A DNA stretch of 55,465 bases, from positions 1 to 55,465 of the forward strand of contig NW_024705306.1 of the NCBI RefSeq assembly GCF_018977255.1, read 5' to 3'. Position 1 is the first letter of the stretch; each line of letters starts with the position of its first letter. Below, piece after piece: positions 13,601-24,964 of the stretch. Below the pieces are notes generated by a model, which worked only from the letters and a program-made list of their open reading frames with translations, was not told where the DNA came from and ran no database searches. Position numbers and translations under genes: made by a program. The DNA is from Callorhinchus milii (Eukaryota).

Positions 13601-16600
13601 CAGCACCACTGAGATCCTAGATTAAAACCTGGGCAGCAGCCTCCGATTAACCCAGGTTCTTGTGTGTAGTCGGTTGATAGTCTCAGCCCGGTTATCATCA
13701 TCGTCATCAGCCAAGAACAATTCCCTGCAAGGATGAAGGCCTTCCCTGCGATGCAACACTCCATCCAGCACCTGCACATGAACTGATCTGCTTGCTTAAT
13801 CTCCTTCTGTGGATGTCCTCAAGGATGCATCCACTCCTTCGCAACCATTCCCTTAACATTCTTCATCAATCGTCCATCCCTTCCAGTGATGTGCTCTGTC
13901 CAAGCCTGCTTAATTACAGCCTGGCCACCAAGTAAAGTAACGTTTCCTGTACAAGTACAAGAAAAAATCAGACTATATATCCGTTAAGCATGGTCGCCTA
14001 CCTGTACACTGGCCGGCAGGTTGTGGTGGCTCCTGGCTCGAGGTCCTGTGTGGTGGTGGGGCCGTGAAGAGACGAGGCCCTCACCAGACAGAGAATCTGC
14101 TCTGCTGGGCAGGGCTGTGGTGCCAGCTCCTGGCTCCTCTTCCCCAAACTGAAACAGGTTGCGCACTGTGCATCATGACTCCACTCTACACGACACGCAG
14201 TAAGTTTACTGTGACGTGGCCCAGCGGGAGCGCGTTCGCCTCTTGTGACAGAGGTTCGTGGATTAAATCCGGCAGTCCCAGTACCGGACACCCTAACAAT
14301 AATTGAGGACTTAGTCCAACATGGATTGAATTCTGATGTACCTGCGCTGGTTAGGCATTGCCTCACCAACACCTATTTTACCTGGAATGGCACCTTCTAC
14401 AAACAGAATGAGGGTACCCCTATGGGCTCCCCCTTGTCACCAGTTATAGCCAACATGTTCATGGAAAAGTTTGAATCAGACGCCATCCAGACATCCACCC
14501 TGCGTCCTTCCCTGTGGAAGAGGTATGTGGATGACACTTTCGTCATCTGGCCACATGGCCTCCCAGCATTGAACCACTTCTTGGACCACATCAATTCCAG
14601 ACACCCATCCATCAGATTCACCATGGAAGTGGAGAAAGATGGTAAACTACCATTCTTGGATATTCTGTTTGAGAGGAGGCCTGACGGATCCTTGGGACAT
14701 TCTGTGTACAGGAAAGCCACCCACACAGATTCCTACTTGAAACCGGATTCCCACCACCACCCATCTCAAAAGAATTCTCTCATCAAAACGCTATACCACA
14801 GAGCCCATGGCATTTCTGACCAACACCACCTGGCCGGTGAATTAAGACATGTACATCGGGCCCTCAGGATGAACGGATACTCTGACCGCACCATACGCCA
14901 AGCTGTTTCTCCCACCATACAGAAACAGCCACATGAAACTCCGACCAAAACTATCACGTTACCATACATAGCAGGCGTGACCAAAAAGATCTCCAAAATT
15001 CTAAACAAACATAAGATCCAAGTCCGATTCAGTACAGTGCATAAAATCCGTGATCTGATTCCATCTGTGAAGGATGTCGTTCCTGACTTACAGTATCCTG
15101 GAGTCTACAAATTGAGTTGCAGTTGTGGTGATTGCTACATTGGAGAAACGAAACGTCATGTTTCTGATCGTGTCCGCGAGCACAAGTCAGATCTGAAACA
15201 CGGCAGAACTGATTCTTCGGCTGTTGCCGATCATTGCTACAACTCTGTGGGCTCTCATGAAATTGTCTTTTCCGAGACCAAGGTGCTCTGCAAACCTCCT
15301 GGCTACCATCAAAGGTTTGTACACGAAGCCATACAAATATACAAACACAGACATAATTTCAACCGTGATGAGGGTTACAAACTGAGTAATCATTGGAAAG
15401 ATGTGATTAACCATGCAAAAAAGATGTAACTACACTTATTTGGACCATCTTATTTGACAGACAACTATTACAGGTTATTGATAGACAGCCAGTTTGTTGT
15501 TTTACCAGTTTTAGTTTTTACTTGCTTTTCTTTTTTCACACTTTTGTTATGTATGCCATGTGTTAGTTACAAACCGCACCTCTCCATAACAAAGGCTCAG
15601 TCCTTTGTTATGCAGTCTACTCTTGGTCTTAAGCCTCACCTTACCATATTAATAAAAAGTGTGCCGTTCCTGGCCCTTCCCCCTCAACCATTATATATAC
15701 GGGTAGTATTTCTTGTGATCTCTCATTTACTTGATACAGCTGTCGTGGCTGTGACGGTTCCACCTGAAGACGGAGGCTTGTGTTGCTTCCGAAACGTCGT
15801 GATTTTTAATTTGTTTTATTTTACTTTTATTAATTTAAATTTTTTACCTACGTGACTTTACCGAAAAAACCTAAGAGTATGAGTATAACCATAACATACT
15901 ATTCACCGTCTGCTTCATGCTTAACGTTACAAATCATGTGAGGTCAATCGCAATTGTGTCGGCATCATGGTCCAAATTTGCCAAATTTAAAAAGTCACTT
16001 GAAAATGATTCAATGGGAATGTACACAGCAATCATCGCTCCCCACAGAGAAAACTTAGCAAGACTCTGCTATAAATGAGTCTTGATACTAGGTGAGGCTT
16101 CCACTGGGTAAACAAGTGTCATAATAATTAATCACGCTCAATGAGAATACATATATTTATTTTGATATCTCTCATATTTCACAAGTAAATTTCAAATCCA
16201 TGACTCAAATAGATTGATAGAGATGACGATGATGGAGATGATGTGTAAAAGCAACACTTGAAATCATCACACCAAGCTGTGCGTCCCACACCCCAACAAC
16301 ATTACTCCCTGCTGCAATGTGGACGCATTGGTAGTGGAAGTGCTGGCCATGGGTACGTGTGACAAAACAATGTGGCATTGTGCGAGTCACGAGAAGCCTC
16401 CAACCTGCACGCGCTCGATGCCATCTTCTCCCTCCCCTTTCGTGTACCGCACCGGCTGATCCCACTGACAAACCAGCAGCTTCTGTTGCTGGCTCCACCG
16501 ACACACCTGACTGTTACCTGCACTCGTATCAATAACAGAAAGACAGCAAACACTATGTCACCAGATCATTACAGATGGATTTCTCTAGGTCTTGGCAGCA

Positions 16601-19600
16601 CCCAGTGTCGTAAATAACGAGTCAATAATCAGTGATTTCTTGCTCAAATTAGCACTGAGGCGGTGTTAATCTCTTGTTTGCAGCTCAGAGCAAGTGCAGA
16701 TAATTCCACATTCCCATGGTAAGAGAGAGTCTATCCATACAGTAACCACTGTTGACTTACCCCCGTAAGTAGTATTAATTTTAACGACCAGAGAAACATG
16801 ATGAGCTGAATCAACCCCCATCTAGGATTTGATGTCGTAACCTTCCGATTGCGAGCCGCTCGCTCTACCGTTGAGCCACCTGGTTGAGTAGTACCGGAGT
16901 GAGTGTCACAGGCTTTATCAGTGCAGGAGTGTGGATACCAGAGTGAGTGTCACAGACTTGATCAGTGCAGGAGTGTGGATATCAGAGTGAGTGTCACAGA
17001 CATGATCAGTGAGGGAGTGTGGGTAGCAGAGTGAGTGTCACAGGCTTGATCAGTGCAGGAGTGTGGGTAGCAGAGTGAGTGTCACAGACATGATCAGTGA
17101 GGGAGTGTGGATACCAGAGTGAGTGTCACAGGCTTGATCAGTGCAGGAGTGTGGGTAGCAGAGTGAGTGTCATAGACTTGATCAGTGCAGGAGTGTGGGT
17201 AGCAGAGTGAGTTTCACAGGCTTGATCAGTGCAAGAGTGTGGGTAGCAGAGTGAGTATCATAGACTTGATCAGTGCAAGAGTGTGGGTAGCAGAGTGAGT
17301 GTCACAGACTTGATCAGTGCAGGAGTGTGGATATCAGAGTGAGTGTCACAGACATGATCAGTGAGGGAGTGTGGATACCAGAGTGAGTGTCACAGGCTTG
17401 ATCAGTGCAGGAGTGTGGGTAGCAGAGTGAGTGTCATAGACTTGATCAGTGCAGGAGTGTGGGTAGCAGAGTGAGTTTCACAGGCTTGATCAGTGCAAGA
17501 GTGTGGGTAGCAGAGTGAGTATCATAGACTTGATCAGTGCGGGAGTGTGGGTAGCAGAGTGAGTGTCAGACATGATCAGTGCAGGAGTGTGGGTACCGGA
17601 GTGAGTGTCGCGGGCTAGATGAGCCTCGTGCAGGATCGTGTGAAGCAGCTGTTGGTCAGCCGGGACTTTGTGCCGCTCCACTTGCTCCTGCAGGTGCACG
17701 TACTGCTCGTGCTGCCGCTGGTACTCCTTCAGCTCACTCAACGTCTGCTGCAGGGACCTGTGATAATGAAGCCGCAGAGTGGTGGCGCAGTTGTAAAACT
17801 CGTTCCTCACAGCAAGAAGGGCCTGGGTTAGATTTTGCGGCTTGAGCGCCTTTCTACGTGGAGCTTGTATGTTCCGTGCCTGTTCTGCACGGGTTGTTTG
17901 TATGCAAAAGCGCAGGGTAGTGTATGTGTACACATCAGCCAGGACATAGTGTGTGTACACAGCAGAAAGGGGCTCGTGTGTGTACAGCAGCACTGGATAG
18001 GCACCTGTGCTGAGCCTCCAGCTTGCGCTCAAGTCCCTGCTGGCAAAGAACAGCGTGGCGCCTCCTCCCCGCAGCCTCCAGCTCGGGCCGCAGCACGAGC
18101 GCCTGCTCGTAGAAGAGCACCGAGTGGTTGTACTCTCCCAGCATCTGCAACACGTGACATCATGCACACGTGGTCATGCATTAAGCTAAAGATCCCCGAT
18201 ATCCTAAACGGGCTGTTGGGGCAAGTGCTGTTCGCGAGCATCTACAAAGGTCAACATGGCACACGAGGGGATGGTGTGGCCTGTATCGCACCTGGCCACC
18301 TTTGTCTCCCCAGTGATGTTGTTTTACACATTATAGCAGGAAATCATTTGAGGCTGAGTCGACCTAAAGGAGGCCCAGGACCCAGTCAGATGTATGTATG
18401 TTGAACTTCTTTCGCACAGTACATAGCCAACTGTGGTAATCAGAGGTGTGAGGGAATGCCAACAAACACCAAAACAGTTCTCAAGAAATTAGTTTTCAAT
18501 ATAGATTTAAAAGTGCATAGCTCCAGGGGCTTCCTTATATCGGAAGGAAGAGCATTCCAGACAGCCGCATAAAGCGCATCTGAACGCGTGCAATGCAGTG
18601 ACCGTCTCTGTTCGATGGCTAGCTAAACACTGTTGTGAGGATGACTGGAGTTCGCGTGATGGTTCATGCTCCTTGACGAAATCAGCGAGGTATTGTGGTT
18701 CATTTTGTGGCAAGCACTTTGTGTGTCATGAGCGCAACCTCTGCATCAAGCGGAGAGCCCCTTACTGCTGGGCCACGTCACCGCTCCCAGACAACTGGTT
18801 GGTTAGTTCTAGATTTGAAGCTTTCGTGACTGCAAGGATTCATACTCTTTGGTTTTTTCGGTAAAGTCACGTAGGTAAAAAATAAAATAAAATAAATGAA
18901 AACAACTCAATTAAATCACGACGTTTGGGGCGCAACACAAGCAGTCTGCATCAGCAGTAGGCCATGCTTTCCCACCTGATGACGGACGCTTGTGTTGCGC
19001 CCCAAACGTCGTGATTTAATTGAGTTGTTTTCATTTATTTAATTTTATTTTTTACCTACGTGACTTTACCGAAAAAACCAAAGAGTATGGTTGGTTAGTA
19101 CAGAGAAGACAACAGCTAGCGGATTGCTACTCACGGCATAGACGTTGCCCAGGGTGTAGTGAACTGTGGCCGGATCGCTGGAGATGGGTAGCGCAGCATG
19201 CAGCAGCACGGCGGCATCAGCCGAGTAGTGGGCTCGGTGCAGCACGCTGGCAAGGTTCACCAGCGCCACGTCATGGTGTGGCCTGCACGGGGACAAGGGG
19301 GCCCCCGTCAGCACCAAATGACGTACAATCTAATTCCTCATCCTGTGGATCCACACAATTTACCAGACTTCCTGGGAAGTGTTTTGTTTTGGCAGAGAAA
19401 GCTGATGAATAATAGCACGATACACCATGCGGCACTAGTAAGAATTATATTTTATAATCTTTCTATGACTTGCAAAGAGAGTTATCGTAAACTGAGCTAT
19501 CATACAGTTCTACTGTGCAGTCTAAAACCAATATCCTCTCTGTCTCTCTGACCTCTACTTGCTATACAAGCCAGTGCATGAAACATCGCTTGATTTATTT

Positions 19601-22600
19601 TTCATTTTCAGGCCACAGTGCTGATTGAGGAAGGTGACGAGTTGTTTGTAATTTATGCTCGTGCAGCACTGCCTACATGGCAGCATCGCCGGAGAGATTT
19701 TGTTTAGCATTGTGATTATTACCTGGGGACAGGTGCAGGGCTCTCATAGCACACTCGGCCACTTGCGTGGGACTGTTCTTGAGACGCCAGTAGTAAGAGG
19801 CCATGTTGTAAAGCACCCAGGATGTCTTGTTCTGGAGCATACATTGTGTGTACAATAGTCTTGTTATAATTGTGAGTCACGCTCTCACCCACACATTCAC
19901 TTACCCACCCACTCACCCACAAAAATTCCCCATATAGCCTGAACAGACTACTGGGCAAGTGATAATAGCAAGCACCTATGAAGACACTCACTCACCCACC
20001 AACTCCCTTCACTTGTCACCCACTCACTCACACACCAACTCTCTCACATGATCAAACACTCACCCATAGGTTACCCACTTGCTCACTTCACTTGTTGCCC
20101 ACTCACACACCCACTCATACAATGTCTATAACGCCAACATTTGAAATGCGGTACTCACACAGGAGCCATGAACATACAACTGTAAAATGCTCGATGTCCA
20201 AGGCCCGTATTCTTAGTCACAGCTCATTTCAGGCTTGGCGATGGCTCGCTTCAGCTGGCTCAAAGCCACTGCGTTTAACTTGAGCCGGCTCTAAGCACAG
20301 TCCCAACGAGGCTCAGGATTCCACTGAGCTGAGCCCAAGTTGAACAATGGCTGAGTCAATCACTCCTGCATCTGTGGAAGCAGCCGAGTGGCTTAAGCCT
20401 GAGCCGAGTCACGTTAGAAACTGAGCCAGAGCGGAGCTATGACAAAGAACGTGGCCCTACATGGCACACACCTGCTGCAACGCCAGGTGAATCAGATGCC
20501 CCAGTTCATCGAGGCTGCCGGTCCCCATGGGAAGCGGCAATGCTTGGAATACAGGATCCTCTGGGGACAGCAATGGAGCACTCAGATTTCCTCTCTCCTG
20601 CACACCCTGCAGAGCACCACACGTGACAATCACTCCACAATGTTAACAGCAAGCACTTTAAAGAATGTACATGAAAACTCCATTACTTGTAGCTACTTGC
20701 ACATATGGCAGTTGTTGTAATGTAACGGTGAGCATACCAGACTGGCAATCCACCTTCCAGCGAGGCAGTTAAAACAATGGTGCAATTTTCTCATATCTCC
20801 CACAACCTCTGTCCATCCAGCAGTATGCATGGGTTCACCACAGTTAAGTCGGGTGAGGCAGTATAAAAGTGTGGACACGCCCACCTTTTCCAACACGTCT
20901 GGTCAACATGGAAAGTATCGACCAAATACAGTACCACCACCTCGAGCTGCCTCTAGGGAAGGCCTTTTTGCCAGCAGGACCGTGAGCAAGCACTTGCAGG
21001 GCTTCGCTTCTTATTTGGTGCTCTGCCTTCATGGCAGGTCCTCGGCTGCCATCTTCTCTGTCTTTCTGTTCTCTGCTCACCTCTTCAGCTCCTCCAGCAT
21101 CCAAATTGTTGGCCTTTCTCTCATTATTTTCCTACTCAACGATCCATCCTCTCCTAAAATGCGTCCAATCCGGTCTTCTCTCACCTTCGTTCGTTGATAC
21201 CATTTAAGATTTCTTCTTCTCAGTGTAGCTATCTGCATCCTCCTCCATATCCATGTTTAAAACACTCCCCACCGTCTCACGCTGTGCTTTGTCAGTGTCC
21301 ACATTTCCGGCTTCCTGCAAGGCTACGCTCCGCATCATGGTCTTGACTCTCTGCACCATTGCCATATTTGTACAAATGCAGCAAGCGTGTGTTTGCGTGT
21401 GCGTTTTATTCGTGAACCTGGTTGTGCCCTACAGCGTGCAAGAGGGAAATGCATGCGTGTGAGCAGACTGACCCGCAGGTGCTGAAACGCGTGTATGCTG
21501 TAGGCGAGCTCCAGGATACGCATGCAGTCCGGACTCAGTAAGTCACCACTTGGCTTGTGCTTTACATCTATGTGATCTTCTGGCCTACACACAACAAAGG
21601 TGGTTCATGCAGAGCATCCACACAACGAAAACAGCAGCGATAATGACGTACAAACAGGGTGCCCTGCTGGACATGAACCAACTTCTGCAATGAGCAGCTA
21701 ATGCACCACCGCCAGGAAGACACCATCCCACAATTGTCGCGAGGTACTCACCGGATGTTCTTGGTCTCAAGGGCGATGTAGGTGCCATGATAGAGATCCA
21801 GGTCACCGAGGGGGACGCGGGCATGTGTGCAGGCCGGCTCCTCGCATAGTGCCGCTCCTCCAGGCGCGTGTCCTTGTCTTCATTCTCCTCGATGTGAATT
21901 TTATGCTCCATAAGAACCAGCTGCACCCACGCACAAAACAAAGACCCCCTGTATAGCCTAATAAGACTATTCGAGAAAGTGGGTTACATTTCTGACTTGG
22001 GCACAATGTGTGGAGTTTGTAAGATTTCCTAAAACTACTCAATTGGGAAACAGAATGGAACATCGTCCGTTTCTGTGAAAACTTGGCAGGACCCTCCCTG
22101 CAAAAATCTTGAGACTCGTTGCAGTTTTTCTGGATAAACAAGCATTATATCAATAATAAGTACAGTAACCTACATTTCATATACACAGTGAGGAATCGTG
22201 TATTTTTGGCAATAAGAAATATTAAAAAGAAATGTTATTACTGGCAATCAAATACACATTTGCAGGCCGGTGCCGAGTCGCCTTGTGCTGCACAAGGACA
22301 GCTGCCCTTCGAGTGTTTGAGATGTATGTGACGCAAGGCATTTTGGGTTTCCGAAGCATTGAGCACCATATAAATGGTAAGATTACTACTGTATAATTAC
22401 TAAAGCTAGATAGAGCTAGCATGTGCACCTTGGTGATCAGAATAATCGAAAAGAACAGCAAGCGCTTACAACGAGACTCCGTGAAGATGGTGGGGCACTA
22501 TGAGGGTATCCTGGCCGCCGTGTGCGCCCACCAACCAGAACACTCTCACGAGTTGAGAGCCGCGCGGTTATGAAGATATGTTTCTTACAAGCTACACGTT

Positions 22601-23641
22601 CTCATAGGTTACACTCGGTCACTGACCTCGAGCTCCTTGAGGGCCTCCAGCCGCGCCTCCTGGCGCATGAACAACACGAGATCATGGGGGTGCTTCAAGT
22701 TCAACTGGGAATCCACCTGCTCATGCAGCATACGAGAGATATGACACGGATCAAGACCAAAACATCACAACGGCGGATTATGGGACACACAATACTGACC
22801 TCACATATCAACATGGATTATTGGGGTTCTGCTGTACTTTAGGAGCAGCACCGATATAGCTCAGGTAGGTGGAGACGGGGGTAGGTGGAGAAGACGGGGT
22901 AGGTGGAGGAGACGGGGTAGGTGGAGAGGGGGTGAGGAGACGGGGTAGGTGGAGGAGACGGGGTAGGTGGAGGAGACGGGGTAGGTGGAGGAGACGGGGT
23001 AGGTGGAGGAGACGGGGTAGGTGGAGGAGACGGGGTACGTGGAGGAGACGGGGTACGTGGAGGAGACGGGGGTAGGTGGAGGAGACGGGGTAGTGGAGGA
23101 GACGGGGTAGGTGGAGGAGACGGGGTACGGTGGAGGAGACGGGGTACGTGGAGGAGACGGGGTAGTGGAGGAGACGGGGTACGTGGAGGAGACGGGTAGG
23201 TGGAGGAGACGGGGTAGGTGGAGGAGACGGGTAGGTGGAGGAGAGGGTACGTGGAGGAGACGGGGTACGTGGAGGAGACGGGGTACGTGGAGGAGACGGG
23301 GTAGGTGGAGGAGACGGGGTACGTGGAGGAGACGGGGTAGGTGGAGACATGTACATGGAGACAGGTAGAGATAGCAGGTGGAGGCAGGAACCCGTGTTAA
23401 CAGAGGTACGCGGGGACAGGGGACAGGAAGTGGGCCTTACCTGTACCCCTCTGTCTCTCACCTGCTGCTGAATGCGTCCGTCCTCCGTCACGACCCAGTG
23501 CGTGGTGGCCGCGCTCGGCCCGGGCAGTGCGAACAACGTCGCCGCGACCCACAGCGCCGCGGCGCCTATGAACCCCTGGGCGCAGATCGGACTCCGGCTC
23601 GGGCTCGAGGCGCCCGGCTCGGCCTCCTCGCGTCCCGCCAT
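3456..23641 (-). CDS. TTC17: Tetratricopeptide repeat protein 17, spliced gene; 3' exons missing from the window
   Basis: Exons with GT-AG ends, in transcript order: 23641-23462, 22716-22627, 21920-21752, 21584-21473, 20606-20472, 19831-19723, 19282-19135, 18144-18005, 17757-17597, 16517-16405, 14148-14002, 13401-13295, 12872-12653, 11025-10960, 10493-10269, 9747-9561, 8364-7847, 4648-4468, 3576-3456. Peptides match vertebrate TTC17 as I recall it: ATTHWVVTEDGRIQQQ|VDSQLNLKHPHDLV, KIHIEENEDKDT, LGDLDLYHGTYI, SWVLYNMASYYWR, MLGEYNHSV, CQWDQPVRY, GALEVKGQRVDLQG, LGWPSTKEC. Exons 11, 13 and 14 are less certain. There are 1-nt deletions near 21844 and 19725-19728. Confidence 0.95.
3717..4050 (+). 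mobile_element. SINE-like element; a split copy flanks the PLE at about 14212-14275 and 15881-16120
   Basis: Shared TGGCCCAG head, TAACCAT..ATACTA..CC.TCTGCTTCA segment and CAATCATCGC..CTTAGCA.GAC tail. Confidence 0.55.
5446..5486 (-). ncRNA. Minimal hammerhead ribozyme motif, second PLE family (inverted pLTR)
   Basis: CAC CUGAUGA U GCUAGU uguaauu ACUGGC GAAACGUC GUA. Confidence 0.6.
6081..6962. mobile_element. Non-autonomous pogo/Tc1-mariner-like element (MITE) nested in the PLE
   Basis: Terminal inverted repeats CTGTATTTTCCCGTATATAGCCCGC (6081) and GCGGGTTATATGCGGGAAAATACGG (6938-6962). TA at the left flank only. Internal direct repeat AGCCCGCACCTCCATATACCCCACA near both ends. Confidence 0.7.
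7163..7203 (+). ncRNA. Minimal hammerhead ribozyme motif, second PLE family
   Basis: CUGAUGA A GCUAGU uguaauu GCUGGC GAAACGUC; weak stem I. Confidence 0.6.
7847..8364 (-). CDS. TTC17: TTC17 exon 17 (acidic region)
   Basis: 518 bp, phases 1/0, ends GALEVKGQRVDLQGLR...CFGDCRDGDEDEW|gtaagc. Confidence 0.88.
9561..10493 (-). CDS. TTC17: TTC17 exons 15-16 (central TPR cluster)
   Basis: 10493-10269 (225 bp, LAGLHWRGEG..ACLQAAVRLAP) and 9747-9561 (FLVLGN..GAVEAFDRAL..RCLQLYPTLY). Confidence 0.88.
11871..11911 (-). ncRNA. Minimal type I hammerhead ribozyme motif in a solo pLTR (about 11762-11920)
   Basis: Minus strand reads UUUCAC CUGAGGA C GGCUGC uugcguu GUGGCC GAAACGUC GUGAGA. Intact core, 6-bp stems I and II. 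Confidence 0.75.
12190..12440 (-). mobile_element. V-SINE-like copy
   Basis: Minus strand GGCGGTGGCGCAGTGGTAACACTCGTGCCTCGCAGCAAG head plus GTGTGGAGTTTGTATGTTCTCCC core. Confidence 0.68.
14245..15429 (+). CDS. PLE reverse transcriptase (C-terminal part) + GIY-YIG endonuclease
   Basis: 394-codon open frame with QNEGTPMGSPLSPVIAN, WKRYVDDTF, GVYKLSCSCGDCYIGETKR..R.REH. The first ~10 codons come from the flanking SINE. Confidence 0.92.
   Translation: MTEVRGLNPAVPVPDTLTIIEDLVQHGLNSDVPALVRHCLTNTYFTWNGTFYKQNEGTPMGSPLSPVIANMFMEKFESDAIQTSTLRPSLWKRYVDDTFVIWPHGLPALNHFLDHINSRHPSIRFTMEVEKDGKLPFLDILFERRPDGSLGHSVYRKATHTDSYLKPDSHHHPSQKNSLIKTLYHRAHGISDQHHLAGELRHVHRALRMNGYSDRTIRQAVSPTIQKQPHETPTKTITLPYIAGVTKKISKILNKHKIQVRFSTVHKIRDLIPSVKDVVPDLQYPGVYKLSCSCGDCYIGETKRHVSDRVREHKSDLKHGRTDSSAVADHCYNSVGSHEIVFSETKVLCKPPGYHQRFVHEAIQIYKHRHNFNRDEGYKLSNHWKDVINHAKKM
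14276..15880 (+). mobile_element. Penelope-like retrotransposon (Penelope/Poseidon type), 5'-truncated, with 3' pseudo-LTR
   Basis: RT motifs GTPMGSPLSP, YVDD and LPFLD, then GIY-YIG endonuclease, then UTR and a pLTR with a hammerhead motif that recurs elsewhere in the window. Confidence 0.93.
15761..15801 (+). ncRNA. Minimal hammerhead ribozyme motif in PLE pLTR
   Basis: CAC CUGAAGA C GGAGGC uuguguu GCUUCC GAAACGUC GUG. Confidence 0.75.
16690..16884 (-). mobile_element. tRNA-derived SINE of a second family (core resembling the Meta-domain, GTTGACTCAGC..TCATC..GGTC..TAAAA..AGTACC)
   Basis: Head CCAGGTGGCTCAACGGTAGAGCG on the minus strand. Related copies at about 11470-11612, 13040-13205, 30880-31330 and 36400-36570. 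The family name is inferred. Confidence 0.55.
16891..17609. repeat. 44-bp minisatellite (~16 units) overlapping the TTC17 exon 9 donor site
   Basis: Unit GAGTGAGTGTCACAGRCTTGATCAGTGCAGGAGTGTGGRTASCA. Confidence 0.96.
17597..22716 (-). CDS. TTC17: TTC17 exons 2-9 (N-terminal region and first TPR cluster)
   Basis: Consecutive exons with consistent phases apart from two 1-nt deletions. Encode VALVNLASVLHRAHYSADAAV, YTLGNVYA|MLGEYNHSV, KLEAQHR|SLQQTLSELKEYQ. Confidence 0.93.
18808..19087. mobile_element. Inverted pair of PLE pLTR fragments (fold-back insertion) with 12-bp TSD
   Basis: Arms about 18841-18954 and 18976-19089 are reverse complements. TGGTTGGTTAGT at 18796-18807 and 19088-19099. 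Both hammerhead motifs carry GAAA>CAAA. Confidence 0.85.
20202..20457. mobile_element. Possible MITE with imperfect TIRs and internal GAGCC/GGCTC repeats
   Basis: GGCCCGTATTCTTAGTCA versus the reverse complement of TGACAAAGAACGTGGCCC. Confidence 0.4.
22865..23348. repeat. Purine-rich 18-bp minisatellite (GTAGGTGGAGGAGACGGG) in TTC17 intron 1
   Basis: Direct tandem repetition, roughly 27 units. Confidence 0.97.
23462..23641 (-). CDS. TTC17: TTC17 exon 1 (signal-peptide-like segment + ATTHWVVTEDGRIQQQ)
   Basis: Kozak gccATGg at 23641, hydrophobic stretch, 180 bp, donor GTGAGA. Confidence 0.93.
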
Positions 23642-23656
23642 GGCGCCTCCTGCTGC

Positions 23657-23676
23657 TGCGCATGCGCGGTGACGTC
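23657..23676 (-). promoter_or_regulatory. TTC17 proximal promoter motifs (NRF1 + CRE-like)
   Basis: TGCGCATGCGC 23657-23667 and TGACGTC 23670-23676, in a CpG island just upstream of the ATG. Confidence 0.55.
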
Positions 23677-24964
23677 GACGCCGCCGCAGCAGCAGCAGCG
23701 CGTTGCCAACTCTCCGGGATGGGCGGGAGTCTCTCTCGGGTCTGGCATCGATCTCCCGGTGATTATTGGAATCCGAGTGATTTTAATGATCTTTTAGGTA
23801 CATTAATTTGCTTTTAATCTCAAGAGTTGCCAACCCACGCGTGGCTTTTCAAGTGTTCCCGTCGGTTTGTGTTCCCGGGTGAGAACTCCAGAGACCAGGA
23901 TGAGTCAATTGCAACCGAAACTCCGACCCACGTAGTCAGCCCATCGATACATTACAGACAAGCCATAGTGCGATCGTGGTCATGCAACCCAAAGCATGGA
24001 CCGCGTTGTAAACCACAGTGGGACTTGCTCCTTCACACGCGCTGCCTGGAAGCCCTCTCGCGGCCAGTGAGCTGCTATCGCACTAAGCAGAGACAACAAT
24101 ATGCCGAGTGCGCTGCGACTCAGTCTGCTGCCAGCAGGGAGCGACGGTGTCCCAGTGTCCGCTGACAAAGTCTCGTGAAGTGGCAGAGTTTCCTCGCTCC
24201 GTCGGTCAGTGCTGCGAGCTTCGCCTGAAGGGCGAGGCGTGCCAGCAACTCAACACCTTCCTCATTACGAGATACAACAAAGTATGGGCGATGACCCATC
24301 ATAACAGACTTCCTCTGAAATTAAATGGAAACCCATTTTGCACATTATTGACAATTCACATGTTCAAGTTCAAGTTCATTTATTAGGTATAGCCCTGTGA
24401 GCCATTCAGCTCTTGAATCGGGTGCAACCGCAACAAACAAAAAACAAAAACATGAACAAAAAACATCTTAAAGTGAATATGTGACTAAGTGCAAACAGAA
24501 AATCCAAGAAAAGACAGCAAAATATTGCAGAAAAAACACCGTACACCAACACTGTGTGCAAAAATCCCAGTGGGATGCAAGTCAAACAACAACAACAACC
24601 ACAAGACAGCTTAGATTAAGGCCATCAGTCTAACTCTGTACTACAACAAACAAACATGGCTAAACCAATACACTTTTCGAAATCACCAAAATAAAGCCAT
24701 GAAAGCAATGAAAAAGCAATCATGTGAAAACCCTCACTTAATCGGAATGTTTTATTGGTTTTGTACAACATTGCGGGTGCGTTTATAAGTGCGCGTACGC
24801 ATGAACACGTAAACCAGACGACGTCTCGAGCCTGCCTCTTGTTCACGGGGGGCTCGTGCAGGACGCGTGGCGAGGGGAGACGCGGTCGAGTCCGTGGGGG
24901 AGTCGCAGCCTCGGAGGGGATCTCGCCGCGGGACGGCCGCCGCAGCTGCGAGGCGGTGCGAGCG

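Noticed and set aside
22808..23461. Pro-rich extension of the TTC17 exon 1 ORF
   Set aside because: Read-through past the splice donor into the 18-bp minisatellite
22183..24021. CACAGTG heptamers as RSS or RAG-transposon ends
   Set aside because: No nonamer at 12/23 spacing; frequency compatible with chance
24120..24302. Minus-strand ORF with LCHFTRLCQ, faintly like the IFTAP/C11orf74 N-terminus expected by synteny
   Set aside because: Only a few matching residues and no supporting exons; needs a profile search
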